This document shows, piece by piece, positions 1 through 6,669 of a stretch of 9,730 nt of DNA. The position numbers and the translations under genes were made by a program. How positions within the stretch are numbered: the first letter of the stretch is position 1; each line of letters starts with the position of its first letter. The notes beneath the pieces are model-generated. The model did not search any database. It was not told the DNA's origin and was given only the letters and a program-made list of their open reading frames with translations. Origin of the DNA: a virus (Duplodnaviria; Heunggongvirae; Uroviricota; Caudoviricetes); the IMG/VR virus record IMGVR_UViG_3300018478_000064, positions 1-9,730 of that record. One strand, written 5' to 3'.

Positions 1-924
1 AACTCCATTAACTTTTATTTGAACTTCTCCTGATGCCGGAAGATTTACTTTCAAAGAGATAACCCATGGTTGTTTCGACGTATTTGTGTACGTGATTCCA
101 GGATACTTATCTGTGACGATCTGATACGTTTGATCTGTACCGATTAACTGAGACGCTGTTGCTAACGCGACAACACTGTCACTCTGTGCATGTCGCATAT
201 ATGGTTTTGTTGCATCATTTCTACTAAAACCAATGACACTGGCTCCATCACCAGTGACCATATCATCCAACTCTAGGTATTGGATAACATCATGAATACT
301 AGACTTACCGATGATATCTCGTCCTACCTTCGTAAAATCGGTAAGGTCTGCACTATTTTCATTGTTGAAATATGGTAGTTTATTAGTTGTTGCGATCAAA
401 TTCGCAAGAGCACTCAAAGTGTCATTCGAATCCTGCTTTTCATCTAAAGCAGTGCTTAATTCCTCTTGTGTAGTCAACAAAATTACAGTGTCTGTATCTT
501 GATGCCTGAAATACGGTTTATTTATAACACCTTTACTAAAACCAATGACATTGGCTCCATCACCAATAACAGCATTGGATATTCCAAGGTTTTCGAGAGC
601 TGTTTTCACCGTGCCGTCCGATTTGATATCGCCAAACGGATTCTTGCGGCTCAGGTATTCAACAGCAAACCCCGATCCCAGCAATTCAACAAAACCGGGC
701 AGATCACCATTATCAAGCACATCCCGTTGCGTTTTATCACTTACAAACTGGGCCAGAGCTGCAGCAATAAAGCTAGCCTGCCGAATAACCTTATTGACTT
801 GCGCACTGGAGGCTTTCCCTGCTGTAAATCCGGATAAAAGCGCGGGCAACGCTTCCCATTCCTCCTGCGATATAACATTGGCATTTCGATCCGTTGCAAA
901 CGCTTTAAAGTCATTTTTCGCCAT
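1..924 (-). CDS. Tail fibre protein, N-terminal part (P2 gpH / Mu gpS / lambda Stf family); 3' end lies beyond the window start
   Basis: Not in the ORF track because it has no stop in the window. Manual minus-strand translation from the ATG at 924..922 (TGATG overlap with the upstream gene stop) is open to position 1, about 308 codons, starting [33 protein letters not shown]. It contains ...[37 protein letters not shown], which closely resembles the conserved P2 gpH segment FPYFTGNDVASLATLTKVGRDILAKSTVAAVIEYLGL as I recall it. Position immediately after the J-like and gp48-like genes fits a fibre gene. Confidence 0.8.
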   Translation of the reverse strand, partial: MAKNDFKAFATDRNANVISQEEWEALPALLSGFTAGKASSAQVNKVIRQASFIAAALAQFVSDKTQRDVLDNGDLPGFVELLGSGFAVEYLSRKNPFGDIKSDGTVKTALENLGISNAVIGDGANVIGFSKGVINKPYFRHQDTDTVILLTTQEELSTALDEKQDSNDTLSALANLIATTNKLPYFNNENSADLTDFTKVGRDIIGKSSIHDVIQYLELDDMVTGDGASVIGFSRNDATKPYMRHAQSDSVVALATASQLIGTDQTYQIVTDKYPGITYTNTSKQPWVISLKVNLPASGEVQIKVNGV

Positions 925-1604
925 CAGAGTAATACTCCCCATGCTCCTACATCAAAACCACTGATGAATTCGTTATCCATATCAAAACCAAAAAATTTTG
1001 AGCCTTCCGATGGGGTTTCCACCGAAGGTGTTTCAATGCCACCCGCCCATACCCCGGCGGCTTTTACTGTGAGATACCCCTGTTTAATTGCCGCAATTAA
1101 CTCACGCGATACATCTGAAATATCAGTATCAGGAAAGACCCAGACCGATATCGTCATGTCCTGGTTATCGACTATCTGCATTCGCAGCCCGGATCCTGCT
1201 GTTGCCGCGTCAAGAATTGCCGGAAGCGAATCATTCCGTCCGTCCCAGTTATTAATCGCAATCTTCGCTTTAAGAATGACACGATAAGTTTCATCGCTGA
1301 GATACATGTATCCTGAATCAGGATCGTATGGTCCCTGCCATACCCCCTGATCATATCCAAGACCGTCGGTATCCCAGCTGAAATAGACACCTGAGATAGG
1401 CTGGCTGACAACACGGCTACGTCCGATCCACAATCCAAGAATGTCAAGTTGCACACCAACCGCAGAGTCAATATCAAATGCAGTAATCAGCCCTCTGGTG
1501 GCAGCCGCAACATCAATAAGTGGCCGGGTCATCAGATCAACATGCGCAAGAAATTTAGGTTTGGTGGCGTGGTAGTTCGTGATTAGTTCGGTGTATTTGC
1601 TCAT
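924..1604 (-). CDS. Baseplate/tail protein, Mu gp48 / P2 gpI-like (DUF2313, YmfQ-like)
   Basis: 226-aa ORF. Its start overlaps the stop of the upstream J-like gene (1601..1604) and its stop overlaps the fibre gene start. Size and position between the J-like gene and the fibre gene match Mu gp48 / P2 gpI. Family assigned from position and general sequence character, not from a search. Confidence 0.65.
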   Translation of the reverse strand: MSKYTELITNYHATKPKFLAHVDLMTRPLIDVAAATRGLITAFDIDSAVGVQLDILGLWIGRSRVVSQPISGVYFSWDTDGLGYDQGVWQGPYDPDSGYMYLSDETYRVILKAKIAINNWDGRNDSLPAILDAATAGSGLRMQIVDNQDMTISVWVFPDTDISDVSRELIAAIKQGYLTVKAAGVWAGGIETPSVETPSEGSKFFGFDMDNEFISGFDVGAWGVLL

Positions 1605-2800
1605 GACTCCACCGTTATAACGATATTTTCCGGGGTACAGGACGCAGATTCGTTGTATCTGATATCAATGTTTGATGACGACAAAGCCCCCGGGGATTTA
1701 CCAATCGTCAGTTCCTGAATATCGTAATAGCGTGCATTCCCGCCACTCACCACGCCAAGATTCGCCGGTGAGTAAATGCGACTTAAAAGGACCGAATCAC
1801 CGATCGTCAGACTATTGATATAGTCAGAAATAGCCTGCTGGATTTGCTGCCCTATCTGTGATGTATAACCCGTAAAAACTTTTAATTTAATCCGGGCATA
1901 AACAGGCACATCACTGGAACGCGAGAATTTGATTACATGGGGATTGCCGTATTTATCCGGAACCGTAACGGATGTTGTACCGTGAGTGGCTGTCCCCTGG
2001 CCTTTATTTCCTCTGATAGCCTGAGCAATATCCGTCACATCACCGCCATCCACAATTACAGCAACAGAGTGTGGCGGTAACCCGTTACCGTCCTCCGAGC
2101 CAGTATCGTTTTCATAGAGTTTGTGGCGGGTTACACCGGTAACATTAGAAACAGCACCATCCAGTGCTTCAAATGGGGTTATTGATGGCAACGCAACACT
2201 TTGCGACTGACGGATACGTAACTCCGCATCAGTTTCTGCCGGAGTGCCTACAGTAGCTGCAGCAGGATTGGTTACCGAAACCCAGCCACGGGTTGGCGTA
2301 TTAATTTCAGTGATAGTTCCAGCCAGCGCCGCCACTGCACCACTGACGGAACATGTTGCGGTCGCCATCACTGTACCATCCACGCCGACCACCACTGAAG
2401 CAGGCAAACGCCATATCACATTATTACCATCTTTCACGCTGCCATTAATGATGGTTGTTCCGGCAGTTCCTGTAAGAAGCAAATCAACCGTAGAGTTCGT
2501 CGCGCCTTTACGTGAAATACCATTTATTTTCACGTTACTGGTCAGTGCAGCCCCATAGCCGGTTGCCGGTGAAAAACAGTTGTAGACAGTTATCGCCGTA
2601 TTATTGGCATCATGAATCGCCAGCGCCATCAGAGCCACCATCTGGCCGTCTTTGCTGTCCGGTTCGAGGTAGGCATCACTACCATAAATCTGCTGAAAAT
2701 AGCTAATCAGGGTGCTGAGTATCGTCTGATAATCAGGCGCACTGATCCCCTCCGCGGTTACCTTTGCAGATAAACCGAGAGAATCAAGGTTCAGAGCCAT
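1601..2800 (-). CDS. Baseplate J-like protein (Mu gp47 / P2 gpJ / T4 gp6 family)
   Basis: 399-aa ORF whose start shares base 2800 with the stop of the upstream 117-aa gene. Gly/Thr/Val-rich beta-type composition and the position between the gp25-like and gp48-like genes are typical of baseplate J wedge proteins. Confidence 0.75.
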   Translation of the reverse strand: MALNLDSLGLSAKVTAEGISAPDYQTILSTLISYFQQIYGSDAYLEPDSKDGQMVALMALAIHDANNTAITVYNCFSPATGYGAALTSNVKINGISRKGATNSTVDLLLTGTAGTTIINGSVKDGNNVIWRLPASVVVGVDGTVMATATCSVSGAVAALAGTITEINTPTRGWVSVTNPAAATVGTPAETDAELRIRQSQSVALPSITPFEALDGAVSNVTGVTRHKLYENDTGSEDGNGLPPHSVAVIVDGGDVTDIAQAIRGNKGQGTATHGTTSVTVPDKYGNPHVIKFSRSSDVPVYARIKLKVFTGYTSQIGQQIQQAISDYINSLTIGDSVLLSRIYSPANLGVVSGGNARYYDIQELTIGKSPGALSSSNIDIRYNESASCTPENIVITVES

Positions 2801-3153
2801 TACGCCTCCGATGTAACAGTCGTTATTCCATAGAGAGTGTCGATTTCAGCGGAAAACATGACACGTCGGGTCGTGGTATCCACCGTCGTATTGAAAGAGA
2901 GGATTGATTTAACGCCCTGCGTTTCCAGAATGCGTTTTCTGATCGCTAGGTTGTAAGTTTCCGGTTTTTGCCTGCCCAGCACAGACTGGATCCACGGAGT
3001 CCCTTCGGTGGTGTCGAGAAACCATTGCCCATACCACAATTCGAATCGCGTTTTTACCGCCTGCGCCACGGCCTCCGGTGAGTTAATCAGCCAGGTGTCA
3101 TCACCGCTGCCAAAGGTGTAATCGCCATCGGCGTCTTCACGTCTGTATCGCAT
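2800..3153 (-). CDS. Small baseplate protein in the gpW / gp25 / Mu gp46 position (DUF2634 / XkdS-like)
   Basis: 117-aa ORF lying directly between the spike gene and the J-like gene; its start shares base 3153 with the spike gene stop. This position is held by the gp25-like wedge initiator in Mu, P2 and PBSX-type clusters. Confidence 0.6.
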   Translation of the reverse strand: MRYRREDADGDYTFGSGDDTWLINSPEAVAQAVKTRFELWYGQWFLDTTEGTPWIQSVLGRQKPETYNLAIRKRILETQGVKSILSFNTTVDTTTRRVMFSAEIDTLYGITTVTSEA

Positions 3154-3905
3154 CAGTTTACCCCGTCGGTACTGCTTCCACCGCGCTGAACACCGCCATG
3201 AGTGTGCGTATCATCGATTGGCTTGCCGTTAGCCTTCACGCTCCCCAAAAACTCAACAGCACCAGTGATTTTTGAAGCCACACCAGAAACAACAGACCCC
3301 ACCATGCCACCCATCCAGGTTAACAGACCATGAATGGTTACTTTCTCAGAAAAATCAGCCAGAGGGGCAACCACATCAAGACCACCCGGAGCGACAATTT
3401 TAATTTTCCTGGTATCAGGATTAAGCTCAAAATAGGTGCTGCCGTCGTCACTACGCAACTGTGTGGCACTGGTATTAATACCGCTAATCTTCCTCGCCTG
3501 CGACTGGGGACCGACAATACAAAACGCATCCGATAAATCATGCATTCTGTCATCGACTGGCTCCTGTATCCCGCCACTCTGCCACCAGAAATCAATACAA
3601 CGATCGGCAAAAACGACAAGACACTCATCCCCGGCTTTTACCGGAAAAGTCAACGTACAGCCTCCGCCGCGCGGGAATACCACTGGTACATCCACCAGCA
3701 GGGGTAATGTCGTCGACTGGTTGATTCCATTTGAGTCCGGCTCATAGCCTTTAATCGCAGGTTGAACAACCACTGTTACCGTGTCCGGATCAAATGACTG
3801 GACGATGCCGGGCATAGAAACACGCAGCGCCGACATGACAGAGCCAGCAAGTCTTACATCGGCCTGTTCTTTGCTACCAAGTTGAGCGCTTAAAGAAACG
3901 GGCAT
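3153..3905 (-). CDS. Baseplate central spike protein (P2 gpV / Mu gp45-like)
   Basis: 250-aa ORF. N-terminal region (PGIVQSFDPDTVTVVVQ...PVVFPRGGG...KAGDECLVVFADR) looks like the gpV OB-fold spike domain. C-terminus ends ...DDTHTHGGVQRGGSSTDGVN, with an HxH motif of the kind that coordinates iron at the gpV-type spike apex. A GGAGA Shine-Dalgarno sits about 7 nt upstream of the ATG. Confidence 0.75.
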   Translation of the reverse strand: MPVSLSAQLGSKEQADVRLAGSVMSALRVSMPGIVQSFDPDTVTVVVQPAIKGYEPDSNGINQSTTLPLLVDVPVVFPRGGGCTLTFPVKAGDECLVVFADRCIDFWWQSGGIQEPVDDRMHDLSDAFCIVGPQSQARKISGINTSATQLRSDDGSTYFELNPDTRKIKIVAPGGLDVVAPLADFSEKVTIHGLLTWMGGMVGSVVSGVASKITGAVEFLGSVKANGKPIDDTHTHGGVQRGGSSTDGVN

Positions 3906-3925
3906 TCATATGTCTCCAGAAAGTA

Positions 3926-3949
3926 AAAAACCCGCCGGGTGGCGGGTTC
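3926..3949 (-). terminator. Rho-independent terminator downstream of the 79-aa membrane protein gene
   Basis: Plus-strand text AAAAAACCCGCCGGGTGGCGGGTT. On the minus strand this reads AACCCGCCacccGGCGGGTTTTTT: a 6-8 bp GC stem, 4-nt loop and T6 tract. It lies between the 79-aa ORF stop (3965) and the spike gene start (3905). Hand-counted coordinates, +/-2 bp. Confidence 0.6.
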
Positions 3950-3964
3950 ATTATTGAAGTTTCA

Positions 3965-4204
3965 TTACTGCTTGTTTGCTTCTAACGCTTCAGCTATTCG
4001 GCGAAGATACTCATTGTTTTTAAATGAAACCATGATGCACTCAAAGAATATTCGGCAAAATACAGCACATAACAAAAGCACTAAAGCGCCAGCAGCCTTC
4101 CCATTAACAAACGTTATAATGGCGGCAACAACCAGAAGTAACATTGTGATGCCATACAGAACGTTGATGATTTTTGGAGTTATTAATTTATCAAATCCGA
4201 ACAT
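3965..4204 (-). CDS. Small inner-membrane protein, two predicted transmembrane helices and a charged C-terminal tail; accessory (moron) gene of unknown function
   Basis: 79-aa ORF MFGFDKLITPKIINVLYGITMLLLVVAAIITFVNGKAAGALVLLLCAVFCRIFFECIMVSFKNNEYLRRIAEALEANKQ. Two hydrophobic stretches of about 21 residues separated by a short NGKAAG loop, then a charged tail. An AAGGAA Shine-Dalgarno sits about 8 nt upstream of the ATG, a candidate promoter lies upstream and the terminator lies downstream. The region is visibly AT-rich. Confidence 0.6.
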   Translation of the reverse strand: MFGFDKLITPKIINVLYGITMLLLVVAAIITFVNGKAAGALVLLLCAVFCRIFFECIMVSFKNNEYLRRIAEALEANKQ

Positions 4205-4240
4205 GCGACAAATTCCTTATCGTGAAAGTAGAAGTATCAC

Positions 4241-4268
4241 ATTATAATTACGGGTGATTAATCAACAA
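4241..4268 (-). promoter_or_regulatory. Candidate sigma70 promoter for the 79-aa membrane protein gene
   Basis: On the minus strand: -35-like TTGTTG (plus 4263-4268), 16-nt spacer, perfect -10 TATAAT (plus 4241-4246), about 35 nt upstream of the ATG at 4204. A 10-bp perfect palindrome TGATTAATCA (plus about 4255-4264) overlaps the -35/spacer. Hand-counted coordinates. Confidence 0.35.
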
Positions 4269-4343
4269 TCTTTTTGCATGGAAAGGAACCGATGATTTTC
4301 GGCGCATCCATGCTGTTCTGCAGAAGCTGGACGCCAATGTGAT

Positions 4344-4679
4344 TCACTTCACCTTCCGACAATCATACGTCCAGAACTCCCGAGGCTCGTCCATATTTTT
4401 GCGGATAACTTCAACGTTGAGGATCGGCTTGCCATTTCTGGCCACAAAATCCATCCCTAACCAACGCCCATTACCCGGAATCATCCATTGGATGTTCACA
4501 TTGTCATAATCACCTTCCTGTTTGAGAAAGATGATTTTCTGTGTCTCCGGTTTCTGTCCATTAATCCTTGCAAGTCCGTCTTGCGCTTTCCAGTTGATCG
4601 TAAATGGTCCGCAACCGGTATCAGCAAAGGAAATGAAGGAGATACAGACAAGTAAAACTGTCAACAATAGTCTTTTCAT
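4344..4679 (-). CDS. Sec-exported periplasmic protein (signal peptide, two Cys), unknown function; accessory gene inside the tail operon
   Basis: 111-aa ORF. N-terminus MKRLLLTVLLVCISFISFA / DTG has a positive n-region, a 15-residue hydrophobic core and a SFA signal-peptidase I site. There is no lipobox (D at -3 relative to Cys). The mature protein has Cys near each end (DTGC...TYDC). Its start overlaps the hub gene stop as ATGA (4676-4679). Confidence 0.7.
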   Translation of the reverse strand: MKRLLLTVLLVCISFISFADTGCGPFTINWKAQDGLARINGQKPETQKIIFLKQEGDYDNVNIQWMIPGNGRWLGMDFVARNGKPILNVEVIRKNMDEPREFWTYDCRKVK

Positions 4680-5707
4680 GTGTATTTCGCCGCATCAATC
4701 CCTTTCGAGTTAAGCAATTCTTTGCCACCTTTAGCCAGGCAAAGCAGGTCCATATACCACGCCTGCCCTCGGGTGTCGCCAGTATAATCAATGCTGCCCA
4801 CAATGTAATCACCGTCAGTATTAATGCTGGCAGGCTGTGACATGCCTGGCAGACCGTTAACGTAGAGATTACCGTCGCTTTCAGACTCATCCAGTCGTGC
4901 TGGCGATTTCGCTACCTGGTCATTACTCAAAGAGGCACGGTATACAGATGCCTGATCCAGACGAATAAGCCCACCGAGCTTAATATTTGGATTAATCAGA
5001 CATCTGACATTTACGCCAGCTCCCATCGTCTGCTGTGGCATACCGATAAGCCCGGTGTTAGCATTCAACACTGTAGCAACACCAATATATTTATCTTCAG
5101 GAACAATATTTACCAGATTATTTTCATACCACCAGTTAGCTTTACACTGCCCTGCGATATGATTCATCAACCTTGATGTGTTTTGATAAACAACGCGACC
5201 CCGGGGAAATACCGTTTCCGGCATGTCAGGAACTGCGCCGGATTCGATGCCATATGGTTCGAATGATTTCATACCCAGACTGAAAAGATCGCTGTACTTC
5301 CAGCCAGCTGCCACTGTTGTTTTCACACTTGCGTTCAGATGGCCTTCCCAGCTGTCAATACACTGCAACATGATCCAACTGTCTGTGGCATTATCTTTAC
5401 CAGTGACAGTAAAACGGATATCTCCATTGAATATCATACCAACGTTTTCATCAGGATAATTACCTGCTGCATCCGGTTGCCCCTTGTATCCGGCAATAAC
5501 CTGTATACGCGAAAACTCCTTCTGCATAATCCGGTTCTGAGTGGTAGGAGACAGGTTATAAACCTTAAAATTTCCAACGAATCCATTGAATATGGTCGCA
5601 GGCATTTTCTGAATATTGAAAGTGACTTTAAGCTCAGAAATTTTTATCCCGTCGCCCTTATCATCAACAAGCAATAATTCAAAGTGACGCATCCAGTTTT
5701 TCGACAT
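4676..5707 (-). CDS. Baseplate hub-like protein (tentatively P2 gpD / Mu gp44 / T4 gp27-like)
   Basis: 343-aa ORF directly upstream, in transcription order, of the accessory insertion and the spike gene. The N-terminal segment HFELLLVDDKGDGIKISELKVTFNIQK resembles in style the late-control-D N-terminus (LISLTLTDNRGFEADQLDIELDD in P2 gpD). The functional call is positional and tentative. Confidence 0.5.
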   Translation of the reverse strand: MSKNWMRHFELLLVDDKGDGIKISELKVTFNIQKMPATIFNGFVGNFKVYNLSPTTQNRIMQKEFSRIQVIAGYKGQPDAAGNYPDENVGMIFNGDIRFTVTGKDNATDSWIMLQCIDSWEGHLNASVKTTVAAGWKYSDLFSLGMKSFEPYGIESGAVPDMPETVFPRGRVVYQNTSRLMNHIAGQCKANWWYENNLVNIVPEDKYIGVATVLNANTGLIGMPQQTMGAGVNVRCLINPNIKLGGLIRLDQASVYRASLSNDQVAKSPARLDESESDGNLYVNGLPGMSQPASINTDGDYIVGSIDYTGDTRGQAWYMDLLCLAKGGKELLNSKGIDAAKYT

Positions 5708-5709
5708 TG

Positions 5710-6012
5710 TTACTCCGTGAAAACATAGAGGTGTGAGAGCGTTCCAAGATCGAATTGCGTCGGATTCTCCTGCCCTGCCACGTCGCAGAGCACCACCAGA
5801 GAAAAACCCAGATCCATATATCGATACTGTGCCAGCAGGTCAGCCCCCGTAATCATCGGTATACCTGATATAATGGCGGAGCCATTGCTGTCAGCAAGAT
5901 CCAGAACCCAGTACTCGCCTCGCCAGATGACAGACAGGTGATAAACCGAACCGTTAATTGTGGTGGCAAAAGTCTGATTGTCAGCAACCAGTGGGATTTC
6001 TACGGCTTCCAT
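5710..6012 (-). CDS. Small phage tail-operon protein, unknown function
   Basis: 100-aa ORF tightly packed between the 217-aa ORF and the hub-like gene (2-bp gap to the hub start). It has its own Shine-Dalgarno (GGAAGGTG) overlapping the upstream stop codon. Confidence 0.6.
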   Translation of the reverse strand: MEAVEIPLVADNQTFATTINGSVYHLSVIWRGEYWVLDLADSNGSAIISGIPMITGADLLAQYRYMDLGFSLVVLCDVAGQENPTQFDLGTLSHLYVFTE

Positions 6013-6015
6013 GAA

Positions 6016-6669
6016 TCACCTTCCCAGAAATAAATTGCTCAAATACCCATCAACAGTGGAGATACCTTCTTGCGCCATCTGTGGCAGCGATTTCAGAATG
6101 GAATTATTCGGCGGCACCGTTGTTTTGGTGCCTGTATTCTGCACAGCAGACGTTCCGACTCCCTCGGTCATATTGTTTTTCGGGGCAACCCTGACTGACT
6201 GCGTGGAGGTAATAATTACTTCCCTGAGGGTAAGTGTCGCCAGAAGCACATTTTCACTACTCTTATCGGTCGTGACCTCCAGCGTTTTTATCAACATATT
6301 GTTGTAAATACGCTTGCCGGTTGTCACATCGAAAGGAATACGATTCCGCTGCAGGTTAAGCAGTTCCTGATACAGTTCTTTCGGGCTCAGCCCCAGTAAA
6401 CTGGTAGCAGTCAGGTTACTGGCAAAATCAAGCAGCGATCCGCCTCCGGAAAAACCGGTTTCCATCACAACCTCAGAAGGGCGCCTGAATGCGTGTTCTG
6501 ATATGTAACCAGCGCCCTCACCACTGGCACCAGCATTCGTGGGCTGTTCAACCGGATGTTCCGTAATTTCCAGGGCGTCAGTGTGCTTTTCGGTAATAAC
6601 CACATCAGGAATAATGATTCCTATTGAGCGGGTTCGCTGCTGCAGTAAAACAGATAAAAAGTCCATCAC
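6016..6669 (-). CDS. Phage tail protein of unknown family immediately downstream of the tape measure gene (in the position held by Mu gp43 or a distal-tail protein)
   Basis: 217-aa ORF whose start overlaps the tape measure stop as ATGA (6666-6669). No motif I can confidently assign; no LysM signature seen. Confidence 0.6.
   Translation of the reverse strand: MMDFLSVLLQQRTRSIGIIIPDVVITEKHTDALEITEHPVEQPTNAGASGEGAGYISEHAFRRPSEVVMETGFSGGGSLLDFASNLTATSLLGLSPKELYQELLNLQRNRIPFDVTTGKRIYNNMLIKTLEVTTDKSSENVLLATLTLREVIITSTQSVRVAPKNNMTEGVGTSAVQNTGTKTTVPPNNSILKSLPQMAQEGISTVDGYLSNLFLGR

Noticed and set aside
311-964. Plus-strand ORFs 311..502, 466..837 and 545..964 (63-139 aa)
   Set aside because: They lie antisense to the long, uninterrupted minus-strand tail fibre reading frame, which has a recognisable conserved fibre motif. 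Their translations are low-complexity and not protein-like.
964-3747. Plus-strand ORFs 964..1287, 2244..2558, 2512..2706, 3330..3536, 3436..3747 and minus-strand internal ORFs 1172..1477, 3338..3628
   Set aside because: All are nested inside, and out of frame with or antisense to, well-supported minus-strand baseplate genes. They are typical shadow ORFs of GC-moderate coding DNA.
3939-4247. Plus-strand 102-aa ORF opposite the 79-aa membrane protein gene
   Set aside because: It starts at GTG inside the terminator hairpin, has no Shine-Dalgarno, and its translation is Ser/Asn/Arg-rich without domain-like character. The minus-strand ORF has an RBS, a promoter, a terminator and clear transmembrane helices.
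4296-4343. Palindrome TTCTGCAGAA downstream of the 111-aa gene stop, as a possible terminator
   Set aside because: It is a short AT-containing palindrome without a following T-tract on the coding strand, so it is not a convincing intrinsic terminator. It may be incidental.
4522-4890. ORFs 4522..4713 (+) and 4621..4890 (-) overlapping the 111-aa gene and hub gene junction
   Set aside because: Both overlap stronger ORFs in other frames. The 111-aa ORF has a textbook signal peptide and an ATGA coupling to the hub gene, and the hub ORF is long and uninterrupted.
6010-6018. In-frame TGA separating the 217-aa and 100-aa ORFs, as possible stop-codon read-through or a recent nonsense mutation
   Set aside because: The two ORFs are in the same frame, but a good Shine-Dalgarno (GGAAGGTG) sits immediately before the ATG of the 100-aa ORF and overlaps the TGA. 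Ordinary translational coupling of two separate genes is the simpler explanation; same-frame adjacency occurs by chance one time in three.
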